NCBI GenBank assembly: GCA_965644295.1
Contig: CBFFRP010000357.1
Coordinates: 62,001-126,000, forward strand
DNA length: 64,000 bases
Origin: Paraphysomonas bandaiensis
Taxonomy: Eukaryota > Protista > Chrysophyceae
Direction: 5' to 3'
In this document: positions 39,716-52,371 of the stretch, in pieces
Layout of the letters: every line of letters starts with the position of its first letter
Numbering within the stretch: position 1 is the first letter of the stretch
The notes under the pieces: model-generated
The model's database searches: none
Told to the model about the DNA's origin: nothing
Seen by the model: only the letters and a program-made list of their open reading frames with translations
Program-made: the position numbers and the translations under genes

Positions 39716-42700
39716 CTACATAAGAAGTGTGGTGCCCACACGCGACATCACCAAGCAAACAATCCAATTCATGACAATTATTCCCACCAACTCATATCCA
39801 AAACTAATCGGTAGCGATTTTATGTCGAGGTCGTCTCTAAGAAAATCATCTCTGCCGAATATTTGATATATAAGATAACAACCTTGTAGCACGAATGCAG
39901 CCACATGAAGACGGTTCGAGTACCATGGCATTCGAAAAGGACGGTCGATTGTGGCTGTAACAGACGCGATCATGATCTGTGCCAGGCCCATGTCAGCGAT
40001 CACTGACGACTCGTAAGAAAATGCATGCGTCACTGGCTCTCTATCCCCTAACGTAAACCTGTGGTACCATTCGTGCCTGGACAGAGCCTTGAGGGCAATC
40101 ACTTGAAAACCGCAAAAGCATATCACTTGAGATATAAGTGTGAACACAAAATATGCAGTAAAGAACCGCTCAGGTGGGAGCTGTTTCTCGAGTGACGGGT
40201 GCGGAGGAGTGTATGATATCGCAAGCCCAAGAACGAGAGAAAAGAATAGGTCTTGCACTAGGTAAGTGTAGTCACCCATCTTAAGGGCGTAGTAGTACAT
40301 CATGATCAACGAAAACAAACCAATAATAGCATAGTATATGTTGAACAGCACAAGTACATAAGCGGTAATAAGGGAACATCGCCCTTCCTTTATAATGTCC
40401 ACAACTGCCCCTGGAGTCTGAAGACGAGAAGTTACAGGCGCCGCCACGCTCGTCTCTACTTCACACAAAGAGACGCCAACTACAGCCGCTCGCAGTGCAG
40501 CCATGTCCTATACGCAAAAGTAAGCATCACATTGAGCATTGCAGCGAACAGTCGTACATTGGCTCCGTCACCGCAAAACAAAACGTGATTTATTCCACTT
40601 GAGAAGTTCTCGCCGGGGCATATATACGTTTTTTTTTCTAGCAAGCCCGTCTCCATATCATTGTCTACATCACCGCTCATAAAATTATCTTGGGAAGCTT
40701 GTAGCTGTTCTACTATGTACTGCTTATCGGCTGGCTTCATTCGGGCAAACACCTGTGTACGCCGCACGAAAGCGCTAAGAGAACGCGGAAACTCCGTTTT
40801 AACAACTTCCAAAGCGTTTCCTGTAACTGCTATCTGGAGATTACGATCTTCCTGTACATGTAACAAAAATTCACATAAATCCTCTTCAATTAGATGTCCA
40901 GTGGGATAATGGTTAATGACTATAGTTCCTCCAATAGTGTCAATTACGTGCACATTAGATTCCCTGAGGAGTGAGCAGTCTTGTGCGATAGCTATAGCAG
41001 TGTATATGTGATCTCCAGTAATCATATTACAATGTATGTCGGCCTGACGAAGAGTGTTTATCGTCGAAATAGTATCCTGTTTGAGTGCATTTGATAAAAA
41101 AACAAGACCTAAATACTCCGAGTCCTTCTCCAATTGAGCCTGAGTGGCTTCCATCAATATCGACAACTCACTATTTGAAGTTATTAGGCGATAGGCAAAA
41201 GCAAGCACCCTGAGTCCGCTCCGAGAGAGCTGTGCGAGGGTGTCGGCCATGTCTAATGGCAATGATGAAGGCTTCACAAATTTCGCCACAGCTTCAGGCG
41301 ATCCCTTTGTGAAATATATTATTGACCCGTCCGGACGTCGAACGAGAGAAGATGACTTCATCTTGTCGGAAGAAAACTCGAAGTGTTTGAGAATTTCATA
41401 CCTCCGAATTGCACCAGTCATAGCATCTGTTTTTGTGACATAAAGTGTATCTGACCCTAAATACGGCGAGAGCATAAAGCCCGACTCTCTCAATAACTCG
41501 AGCTCCAGTACATCCCCCACAGGAACGTTATTTATGAGAGCAAGCCCGTGACAAGTGCCCATTAGCTCAATACATAGAAGCGGAAAAGGATTATCCAATC
41601 CGTCGGCCGGCCTAACTTCCACGGATACATTTAGCCCATTGGAGCTCAACAGGTGAGAGGGCAAAGACATACCCTTGAAGTGAAGCTTGTCCTCAGTGAG
41701 GGTTCCCGTCTTGTCAAAAGAACACGTCGTCACGATTCCAGCCCAGTTTACCCTATTGCTCTCAGACACGAACACATTGCTGTTGGTCAGTCGCTCAATA
41801 GATATCCCCGTAGCTACAGTGAGACAGGCCGTCATGGCAGGCGGAATGGCAAAGGTAAGTGTGTCCATATAGTATAAACTAATTTCACTCCAGGCTACAC
41901 CATGTTTCTTCAGATACACTGCACTCCATACATAAAGGCCAGTTGAAACAATAACCATAAGCAGGATCACCCACAACGTGTCAGAGAAAAAGGTCAGAAA
42001 TTTGTCTCTAGGGTTAAGTAGGCTCGCTACCAGCTGGCCTTTCGCAGAACGAAAACCCGTTCGATATACGACAGCCATGCATTTTCCTGCCGATATTGTA
42101 TCACCAGCTTCCCCCTGCGTTGCAAAGACTACTTTAGTACCGCAGAAGAGGATGTGGTTGGGTCTCCTGTTGATCTCTACTTCATCATCAGAGGTTTTTG
42201 ATGTCACAAACACTGTGTCAACATCAAGTGGTGTTTTGTTCACAGGCACGCTTTCTCCAGTCAACATCGACTCGTCCACGCTCACCCTGCCCGAAAGCAG
42301 CACTGCATCACAGGGCACCATATCACCTTCAGTCACAACAATTCTATCTCCAGGAAGCAATTCTTCATTACTCACGTCTACCAACTCTCCAGAAGGACTA
42401 ATAAATTGAACAGTATGTTTCTCACCTGCAAGCTCATGTAATCGCTTTAGGTTGATCATTGTTTCATTGGTAGTCAAGTATACTGCCCCTCCTGTTATAA
42501 GTAAAATAACAGCAGAATATTCAATATAATCTTCTGCAATCCACACTGCCACTGCAAAATACTGAAACAAATAGAAGGGATGTAGCAGTGTAGCTGTGAG
42601 GATATCCCAATAACATACAGGGGGAAGATGCATTGTATTGAGACCATACTGAGCTTTAATAACATCACGAGAGAGTGACTGATTGTGTTTATTCTTTATA

Positions 42701-43050
42701 TCTGTGTGTATATACGAAGAGAAGTGACGAGGAACATCAGATATAGATGTAACTCTCCAGTCTGTATCATGAGATGCCCATAGTCTTACTGACCCTATCT
42801 GTATAGCTATAATCCATCCTGATATACAGTTATGATGTTCAGGTATAACAGATATCCATTTATCTTGATATATTAATACAGTGTCAGAGTCTATAGGGTT
42901 ACATGGGGATGTGAGGAGATACGCCTTAAGAAGAGGTGAGATTACACACATAACATACACAATTCCTCCACTGAAAACACACAGCAACACATAGACTACC
43001 AACATTAATGGAGTATGTTTTCTCCATGATACTGGAATATTCTCTCCCAT
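39716..43050 (-). CDS. P5B-type P-ATPase (ATP13A-like, putative polyamine transporter)
   Basis: PFYLFQ, DESMLTGES, DKTGTLT, KGSPE, MITGDH and FARMKP motifs. A 50-nt intron (40508-40557) joins CGDGAN to DMAALRAA. Confidence 0.93.
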
Positions 43051-44530
43051 ACACTAGTTGGGATCCAAGGAGACTGCTTTCATATCTTCAATGAACTCCT
43101 ACTATGACATCACTGAGATCATCATAGAGGGAGTATCATACAGCATCATGGTGTATATATAGGCACCATATGGTGCTGCAGATATCATATGGCTCTATCC
43201 ACTTATGCTGTAGTATACTTGAGAATACAGATAATACCGTAACGGTATCATTCCAACGATCATGTGTGATGGTCTTTGCAATGGATGCATAACTATACCA
43301 CAATTCATACCATTCCTACAGATAGTTCTACCATTCTCTACAATTGAGTTTAGTGTAGAAATGCAGAGTGAAGTAAGACATTATTAATGTGGACATAATA
43401 TGAGGTGTTAGTAGTGTGTGGGTACATGAGAGGGCATTTCCAGTACTCTACAGTGGGGTGAGTATCACTAAGTAGGAATTAATAGTAAAGTAGGATGTTA
43501 CAGTAAGAGAATATATCATTGTATATGGTTGTGCATTGTAAGAGGAGGGTAAGTTGTTTGTGATGAGTTTTAGCTTCAGTTGTCAATTAATATCTGCTAC
43601 CAGCCTGCTATGATTTATTAAATTGTTTCCATAGTCCTGTTTGCCCCATTCCGAGAGCGTACCCTAGTAAAATGCTAGTGCTGATTTTTTCTTTGCATAG
43701 ATTTTTATTAAAACCCCGGCGTATTCTTTCTATGTCGGCACCAAGCAAGCCCTAGCTAGATCTACACTATACTTGCATTGCCCATATATGATTACGAGAA
43801 ACCCCGCGCATTCTAGGGGAGGAGGGGGCTCAGAAAATGCCATGCTAAGCCTATACTGAGTCATGCATGATCACAAGAAGCTCCTTGCAATCTTTGTTAG
43901 GTGATAGGAAGGTGAACCATTACATATTACATATATAAGTCATGCATTGCTGTGAGTAATCCCCCGTAGCTAATCTATGTGAAGGCGAACGCGTTTGGGG
44001 CGGCAACATAATCTGCGCATGATCTATGTGCTCAGCTACGTTGATACACGGGTTGGCGGGTGGTAGAACTAGCGCAAAATCTATGTGTTATATGTGGTGT
44101 ATCAGCAAGCCTACATCATCAGAATGGGGCACTGTTGAATGATATAAAATGTTACTGCATGATGCTTCAACATGAGTACATATTTTACCGAGCGCTCTTA
44201 TGCACCAGACTTGTAACAGTATCGCAATCACATCAAAAAACTATTGAATTAGAGTTACTGTAATAATTAATGTAGTCAATACTTCATAACTGTCGGTATT
44301 ATACTTCATATTTCTGAAGACACACAATTTCGAAATATTTTCATTACAGTTTAACCGTAAGTATCATGATCCCTACAAGTGGAATTCACATACAGTATGC
44401 AGTACGTATTGTCGAATTTCCTTTCTTACGTACTTGATCCGTGATACGGCGATGAACTTACTGTACAACACAAAATCGCGACACTTTAATTTCTGACGAG
44501 AACACAACTCTAATAAATTCTACATATATG

Positions 44531-45520
44531 TCACGAGTAGCACAACGAGAACAAATTCCTTGTTTGGGGTCTCACGATCTCTAGCATCAGCTCTTTACCT
44601 TGAAAACCTTCCCTTGAATCGCCTAACTCTTCACAGAGATCTTTGTGCCATTTGTTCAGGTAACGACACTTCTCGCCGTGTTGGACAATAACCGCTCCAG
44701 CCGGCGACGAATGCGTATGCCTGACCTTACCACGGCTGTTGTTAAGGGTGTCTACCGCTGAGCTCATCATATCCTTGCACTGAGTTAAAGAAGCCATAAG
44801 TGATATCTCCATCAGCCCATTAGAGGTCAACTTGGTGCCTTTAGAGGTAAGCCAATGGTGTATGCGAACGAATGATAAAATACATTCGGTAAAACACCGA
44901 CAGAATAGTGCACCTTGGTGGCATCCCAACACCACATCCTCCTCCACATAGCAGTCTGGTGGATACGTTGGCAACACAGGTGCATGAAATGCCAGGTCTG
45001 GCAACGGGATGTAGGGATAAAGCGCCAAAACGCTATCAATATTTCTGCAACGTGACAGATCCATGGCGGAATTTGCAGTTGATAGACCGAAGACATCGAG
45101 GTATTGAGACGCGCTGATGAGATTTCCTGGCACTGGATCGAACAGTAGAAGGTTTACTTTTAATGAAGTCGATTCTATCCTTCCAAGCAGTTGAGCAAGA
45201 TATATGACTGCGATGCCACCCCGGCTGAGTCCGACTGCATTGACAGTTACATGATCACCACGATATAATCGTTCATCCACACACTCCTTCACCTCTTCAC
45301 ACTGGCTCCATAGACCAGTTGCAAAAACAACACCCATGAGTCCATTAGTAACTCCACAACCATCAAAAGATATCTTGAGGCTCCTGGACTCTGATGCAGG
45401 AGACAGGTGCACATCATCAGCATCTGTGATAGAAGAAAACAGACCGATTTGCGTTACGTGCGACGATAAGGGGTTGGCGGTCCCTTCGAAGTAGACGGTA
45501 AGAGTGGTGTGTTGAGTCAT
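44531..45520 (-). CDS. Intronless alpha/beta-hydrolase-like protein (DUF2235/Tle1-like motifs)
   Basis: 329-aa ORF with FEGTAN, nucleophile elbow GLSRG, LLLFDPVPG and GCH. Confidence 0.7.
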   Translation of the reverse strand: MTQHTTLTVYFEGTANPLSSHVTQIGLFSSITDADDVHLSPASESRSLKISFDGCGVTNGLMGVVFATGLWSQCEEVKECVDERLYRGDHVTVNAVGLSRGGIAVIYLAQLLGRIESTSLKVNLLLFDPVPGNLISASQYLDVFGLSTANSAMDLSRCRNIDSVLALYPYIPLPDLAFHAPVLPTYPPDCYVEEDVVLGCHQGALFCRCFTECILSFVRIHHWLTSKGTKLTSNGLMEISLMASLTQCKDMMSSAVDTLNNSRGKVRHTHSSPAGAVIVQHGEKCRYLNKWHKDLCEELGDSREGFQGKELMLEIVRPQTRNLFSLCYS

Positions 45521-45607
45521 TGCTGACTGTACATACCTAATGAGCTATATGCCACATATATACTCTACACACAGTACATACAAGTGCAAGATACAGCACA
45601 AAGCCTT

Positions 45608-46041
45608 TGTATGTATGTATGTATGTATGTATGTATGTATGTATGTATGTATGTATGTATGTATGTATGTATGTATGTATGTATGTATGTATGTATGTAT
45701 GTATGTATGTATGTATGTATGTATGTATGTATGTATGTATGTATGTATGTATGTATGTATGTATGTATGTATGTATGTATGTATGTATGTATGTATGTAT
45801 GTATGTATGTATGTATGTATGTATGTATGTATGTATGTATGTATGTATGTATGTATGTATGTATGTATGTATGTATGTATGTATGTATGTATGTATGTAT
45901 GTATGTATGTATGTATGTATGTATGTATGTATGTATGTATGTATGTATGTATGTATGTATGTATGTATGTATGTATGTATGTATGTATGTATGTATGTAT
46001 GTATGTATGTATGTATGTATGTATGTATGTATGTATGTATG

Positions 46042-46071
<30 letters not shown>
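45608..46071. repeat. (TATG)n microsatellite, ~460 bp, between divergent genes
   Basis: Perfect array. Confidence 0.99.
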
Positions 46072-46072
<1 letters not shown>

Positions 46073-46155
46073 TGTATGTGTGTACGTGTGTACGTGTGTA
46101 TGATTGTAGATAGGTACGATGGATATTGAATAGGAGTGTTGTTCGGTCGTATTGT

Positions 46156-47616
46156 ATGGAGGTGCATATAGAGAGCATGGATTCCCCTGGTGACAACGAC
46201 TCACACTCCTCTACTTCTCCCCATTCTGTCCATTCTGATGAACTCAATGAGGGTGATGCAGATGAGTGTTTTGTTAAACTCTTTGCACAGGGTGACAGTG
46301 GTGCCAGCAAATGGTTCTGTGCATCAGATATCTCTGTATTGCCTACTGCGATATGTATGAGGCTTTATAATGCATGCTGTTCTCATGTGTATGATATTAA
46401 TGAAAGTAAATTGGAGTTTCTTCTTGATTCTTTAACACTGCTTGCAAAATTCCATTCGACTGAATGTGTCCGTCATATTGCATACGAGAACGATCGTGCC
46501 AGTGATATACTACGAATGTGCTTTCGACTTCCAAGCTCTGCAGAAGAGGCTGCCGTATTGTTTAATCCAGAGTATCTTGCACTTGTTTTTGAGATTGCCT
46601 CTTCTATTTTTTCCTACCACAACGAGCAATCGTCCACAGAAAACATAGGAATTATTGACGTGAGCAACGCTTATCGATATTTGTCGTGAGATCTTAAGAG
46701 TTGTTTACAGGGTAATTTACGCTGCACTTGTGGCAAAACACTTTCTGAATGCATACTATCTCCGTTCTCTGACACTGAAGTCATTACTATTGTGGAGAAT
46801 TTAGTGCGATTGGTACTAATGCAGTCTGCTCTACCGTCTTTGCTTACCATAACTTGGTGTTTTACACACCACATTTTGCATTCATTACATGGTCCCTCGT
46901 TTTTGACTTTATGGGGTCCTCTGGAGTGTTTAACTGAGTCAGGGATACCAGTGGGTGAGTCAGGGGGGCATGATAGTGGGACAGATATATACCCGCTCTT
47001 GATGCTCTCGAAGCGGAATGGGCGTACCGGTCTACACTGGGCTTTCTTAAGTGCTTTCTCTGTGGCTACGTATTCCACATCTATTGGGAATGGGGCAGTT
47101 GCGAGGGATATATACTGGGGACTGCTTAGGGTGTTTATGAGGGGGCATTGCACCGGAAATAAGTGCAGTAAGGTTATAAAAGCTAATAGGAGACCCCGTG
47201 TAAGATCTTATGAACTATGGGAGATTTCGTTCAACGATAAACTTGTTCTATGCTCTGCTTTGCAATTCGTTATTACAGGAGCGTCCCGAGACAACGAGAT
47301 GAGCTCTGACCCCCTTCATGCCTATGTTCGCAGACACTGCGTATGTATCCTAGCTACGTTATTCGAGATATTAGATGATGCACTGTTGATGTACACCAGC
47401 CTTCAGTCAGACTTTGTATGTGAAATGTGTATATCTGTATTTGACATGGTATCAGAAGAAGGTCACTCACGTATATTTATTTTAGATTGTTGTAATTATT
47501 TGTATCCACTGTATAATAGACTTGTAGACATTGAGTGCCCTTCATCTGGAATATCCTCCTTGATTTGCAAATTGAGGGATGTAATTATTCTGTGTAATAA
47601 TGACGTACATACTTAA
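46156..47616 (+). CDS. Hypothetical helical protein, 2 exons
   Basis: A phase-0 intron at 46660-46710 (GTGAG...ACAG) joins ORFs 46126..46689 and 46792..47616 in frame. No family recognised. Confidence 0.7.
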
Positions 47617-48521
47617 ACATTGCCTTTTGGTAGAGATCAGTTTGTTTTCGATTTAGTTCCGTCATTCTAAAATATCGCTTACATTTGACTTTCAGAATCC
47701 CACTATTCTGTAACACTAAAAGAGGCCAACCCTTGATGTATACGTTATTCTTCCAGATTCGAAGTCATTGTATCAAAAAACTATGAATAAACTGTTATAC
47801 AATTTGTTGTTGTAGTTAGGGAGCAGGCTCTTAGTGGGAACCACATGCCACATGCTAGAGACTAGAGATTAATGTACTTCGAGCATACATTATGTGTAAG
47901 ATACGGTGACGCGTATGTTGGTTGGGTTCCCGCGGAACACTCAAGTCATAAAAAACAGGATAGCGTATACTTGGTTTATTGTGGGTGGGTTCAGTGTACT
48001 TGGATTGTTGCAAGCAATTTCTATGTTATTGCTGTACTTGAGTCTCATGCACTGCATGTATATGCATATATAACCCATTGCAAACCAAGTACCAAATTAT
48101 CCCGATAATATTACAGGAGAAAGTAAAACATAAGTTTGTTTTACTTGAAGATTTTGCAGCTGTGCTGTGCTGTGAGTGTCTAGCTGCTCTTAAGATACGC
48201 AGAATCTAACTGTTACTCTCCACAGGTATACGCAACTGTATTCGTGTATACACTCTGTAGTTCAGCAGTTTGAATATTAACTGTGGTATGGTATACCGCC
48301 GTATACCATATACATGTACACAGCAGCAGCATACACACAGCAGTCTAGAGCAGCATCTTCCTACAGATGTATATATAAGTTCACCACTGCACATGTACTG
48401 TACATATATATCTACAGGTCCAACAGCAACACATATGCATATATAGTTCACAATCAAAGTCATCACTACACCAGATCTCTTTCCTTTACACTCATAATAT
48501 ACTAGAAGCTTCATAGGTACC

Positions 48522-49166
48522 ATGCCGTATAAATCCCCTAAGAAAGCAATGAAAAATACGGGCAGTAAGAGTAAGGATCAAACCCACTCCCCTCGCCATC
48601 TACTTAAAACCATGGTATCTGAAGGTAATAATAGTAACTCCCGTGCAAAGCCAAATGGGGATCCGAAACAATCAATGAGAGGGTTTTTAAGTGACGGCAG
48701 TGCCTCGAAGAGCAGCAATGGTTCACGGGATGCTAAACATATCATGAAAAGCTTTGTTCAAAAAGGTGCTGACAGTGATACTCATAAGTCACCTATGCAA
48801 CTTGATGATACAGCATTTTCTCGTGACTGCTACCTGAAACTTATGAATCACCCCGCACTGTCGCAATCCTATGTCACTATTGTGGATAGAACCCTCACAC
48901 TAGAAGTATTCGCCACGGACCATATACAGAAAGCGTCTCTCAAAAACACAGTTACACATAATAAACGAGTAAATAGCAAGTGTGGTGAAGAAATAAAAGA
49001 TAACGATGAGTCTTCATTACACTGGTGGAGGGCGTTAGACAATTGTCTTTATATTGCAAATATAGTTGTGAGTCTCTGTATTGTAGCTAGTGTTGTGGCA
49101 TTGGTGATGTTATTGTCGTTGAATCACAGCTCTGGTACTTGGTTAGCAAGTTTTATACGCGTTTGA
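48522..49166 (+). CDS. Hypothetical protein with a C-terminal transmembrane anchor
   Basis: 214-aa ORF with a polar K/S-rich N-terminus and hydrophobic IANIVVSLCIVASVVALVMLL near the end. Confidence 0.65.
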   Translation: MPYKSPKKAMKNTGSKSKDQTHSPRHLLKTMVSEGNNSNSRAKPNGDPKQSMRGFLSDGSASKSSNGSRDAKHIMKSFVQKGADSDTHKSPMQLDDTAFSRDCYLKLMNHPALSQSYVTIVDRTLTLEVFATDHIQKASLKNTVTHNKRVNSKCGEEIKDNDESSLHWWRALDNCLYIANIVVSLCIVASVVALVMLLSLNHSSGTWLASFIRV

Positions 49167-49595
49167 TTCCTTAATTAACGGTAACTCGGGAGAGCCTTGT
49201 CAGACAGAGTTACAATGAAAGGTTCTATGGTTATTGTGTGTTCAGGTATATATATTATATATTGTGGTTTTAGTTAAATAACTGATTTGTTAATGCAATA
49301 TTTTACAATATACGCTATTGCTAGGGTACCTTACTGAGGGACTTGTAGGGCTACTTTATATTGCGCCACCACAAATCCCCTTCAATGTAATGGTACTTGA
49401 ATTGAATTCTTCATATGTAGTAGTTAAGCTAGCATTCACAGTAATGGGAAATCAACCTTCCCATCATTTGAATGGATACTACCCTAAATCAAACATATTG
49501 CAACTGAAAATGAACTCACCGCCATATGTGTCACTACATTATACTATTAATATATAACAATAAAAGAAGTAGACTATGATTTACACTAGATTCGA

Positions 49596-50624
49596 CTACT
49601 GTAACTTGAGTCCAACTACTTCTTTTACAAGATTCGGAATAAGTGTAATAGCGTAGAGCGGGTTATTTCGGAAAAATGAGTACGGCACGAATTCAAATAC
49701 GGATAGTGACACTGCAGTTATATTCGGTAGATACTCTACACGGTGCCAGGTCCATGTAGGTACATAGAGAATGTCTCCCTTTTCTGTGATGACTTCATAA
49801 CGAGGCACACCAGAGAGAGCATTTGGGTCCACTGGGTCAAGAGAAGAATAAAAGTATGCCCGACCATCTGGAGACACAGTTGGTCGGAGAAGATGAGAAT
49901 ATTGAGGTTCAACTAAGGTCCATGTCTTTCGACCTTCAGTCTGCACTACCAGATTCGCTATAGGCTCACAGTGCATATCAGTGCGTGTTGTACTTGCCAA
50001 ACCACCAGTGCCTGAACCACGACTCATAAATACCGGTGACGTAACAGTAACCCCAAGCGCCCGCCAAATGCGGGTTCGCGTCTCACCGAATACATCTCTC
50101 ATCCATTCAATGTTTTGGTCCACCAACCTATGAATCACATTTGGGTTGCTGCGTACGATTTTTTGAGATCCAAATTTCTCAACTCCTCCGGACAATATAT
50201 TACGAACAACCGTAGCCAGTGGCCCTTTGGCATCTGGAACTGTATTATGTTCGCGCGCATCTCTGAAATAATCAATCACTAGTTCGCCTAAAGGAGGCGA
50301 CAGCATATCATCAATAGACAAAACGTTCTCTACTGATGCATTTTTAATAAGAATCGGCTTTGAGATATCAATACCACTTAAATCCTCTCCTATCGTATAC
50401 AGAGGGATGGGAATAATGTTATCTGAAGATAATAGAGAGGTGCGAGAGTGCTTGTTCTCCCATGTATACCATATCTCTCTCTCCCGTTGAGACATATCAT
50501 ACCTGCCGCTGCCCACCACTGATCGGATGCATTGAATCAATGACCACTGAGCGGAGTCAGTGAATAACAGCCACGCGAGAAGGAGAGTTGATAAAGATAC
50601 TGCTATCTGCAGGCGTATCGACAT
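49596..50624 (-). CDS. JmjC/cupin-8-type 2-oxoglutarate Fe(II) oxygenase with N-terminal signal or anchor
   Basis: TDMHCE...VQTEGRKTWTL...GDILYVPTWTWHRVE gives an H-x-E...H triad. Confidence 0.85.
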   Translation of the reverse strand: MSIRLQIAVSLSTLLLAWLLFTDSAQWSLIQCIRSVVGSGRYDMSQREREIWYTWENKHSRTSLLSSDNIIPIPLYTIGEDLSGIDISKPILIKNASVENVLSIDDMLSPPLGELVIDYFRDAREHNTVPDAKGPLATVVRNILSGGVEKFGSQKIVRSNPNVIHRLVDQNIEWMRDVFGETRTRIWRALGVTVTSPVFMSRGSGTGGLASTTRTDMHCEPIANLVVQTEGRKTWTLVEPQYSHLLRPTVSPDGRAYFYSSLDPVDPNALSGVPRYEVITEKGDILYVPTWTWHRVEYLPNITAVSLSVFEFVPYSFFRNNPLYAITLIPNLVKEVVGLKLQ

Positions 50625-50685
50625 GTCGTGCGCCGAATATAAACTATGATATAGATCACAAGCCTGTCCGTACCTATGGACACTT

Positions 50686-51037
50686 TATGTATGTATGTAT
50701 GTATGTATGTATGTATGTATGTATGTATGTATGTATGTATGTATGTATGTATGTATGTATGTATGTATGTATGTATGTATGTATGTATGTATGTATGTAT
50801 GTATGTATGTATGTATGTATGTATGTATGTATGTATGTATGTATGTATGTATGTATGTATGTATGTATGGCTGTATGTATGTATGTATGTATGTATGTAT
50901 GTATGTATGTATGTATGTATGTATGTATGTATGTATGTATGTATGTATGTATGTATGTATGTATGTATGTATGTATGTATGTATGTATGTATGTATGTAT
51001 GTATGTATGTATGTATGTATGTATGTACGTATGTATG
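50686..51037. repeat. (TATG)n microsatellite, ~350 bp, between divergent genes
   Basis: Array with two small interruptions, near 50870 and 51028. Confidence 0.99.
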
Positions 51038-51217
51038 GTCTATGCTCAGTGCTTGTGGTGTGGTGTGATGTGTTAGGGTATGGTATGTATACTGTGTAGA
51101 GTGTGTATGGCGCACTACATGCATATATATATATACACAACTCGTTAAGTAGTGCTGTTATTATTATCCATTCGAACTCATATATACAACACAGCGAGCC
51201 TTGCTACCCGCTATCCC

Positions 51218-51831
51218 ATGATATCATCATTTCGTCGATCTTTTTCACTCCGCATACCAGGCTTATCATGCCGTCTGATGTCCTCAGAGAAAGAAGTTAT
51301 TCCCCGCTTCACTCACATAACACAACCACAGCATATCACTGTACCTGAATCAATCGCTCCTATTGTCTCTCTTACTACTGCAAATGCTAAAGAAAAAGTA
51401 ACTGCAAAAAAACGTGAAGTGATGAAGAACTTTCAGATGCACGAGCATGATGTGGGATCCTCTCCAGTGCAGAGTAAGCAACCCTCGTACTGTTTAATAG
51501 CAAAACAATCTAATACAACTCCCAGTTGCTATACTCACAGAAAAAATTAATGATCTTGCTAGACACTTTGCTGTTCACAAAAAGGATAAGAGTGGCCTGA
51601 GAGGATTCTCGGTACGTATATAATAGTGACTTCGTTACGGTGTAAGTCTTGCCAATGTTGCAGGCTATCATCCAAAAACGTAAGGCTCTTATGAGACATC
51701 TTAAGAGGAATGACTTAGAGGCATATAAGAAGGTTGTAGTTGGGATGAACTTACATGCAGAGGCCCTGAAAATTCAGAAAGACGATTCCAATGGACGTGC
51801 AGTCAAATTGACCAGAAAGAAGTCTCGTTAG
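51218..51831 (+). CDS. MRPS15: Organellar (probably mitochondrial) ribosomal protein uS15, 3 exons
   Basis: Exons 51218-51473, 51526-51611 and 51664-51831 give [35 protein letters not shown]...KRKALMRHLKRNDLEAY. R/S-rich presequence MISSFRRSFSLR. Confidence 0.9.
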
Positions 51832-52371
51832 ACATGTAGACCGCAGATGGTGAATGCATTTACGGAGAAGTGGAGTGTGGACAGTAGTTTTTCTTTACTA
51901 AGATAATATAATTTAGTCTTACATGATTCCGCACGTAGCAAAACACATGAAATGGTATGTCTGAAGCTTTGTGCAATTTCTGGTGAAGAGTGTAGAGAAT
52001 GAATGTAGCACACTAATAGTGAATTGACAGAGTACTTATAGGCACTATGCATAAAACACATATAGAAGTCATGATGGTGATACAAAACCTCACGATAATC
52101 CTCATGCTAGTTCACTTGTTTAAGCGATAATCAACAATCAACTGCACTGATTTAATTCAATATTCTAGATGTAGTACTATCATGTACCAGAGAGGATTAT
52201 TATTACTCAATAACATATAGATAGTAATCGAGGAAAGAAAACTTTTTACTTGATACTCCTAAGAACAGAAAGGGTGTGCCTTATAAAAGCTTTGGTCTCC
52301 AAGATTGAAACGGTACGCTACAATTCACGATTGTCGACAGTACTTTGCTACATACTAAATATGACTATTTC

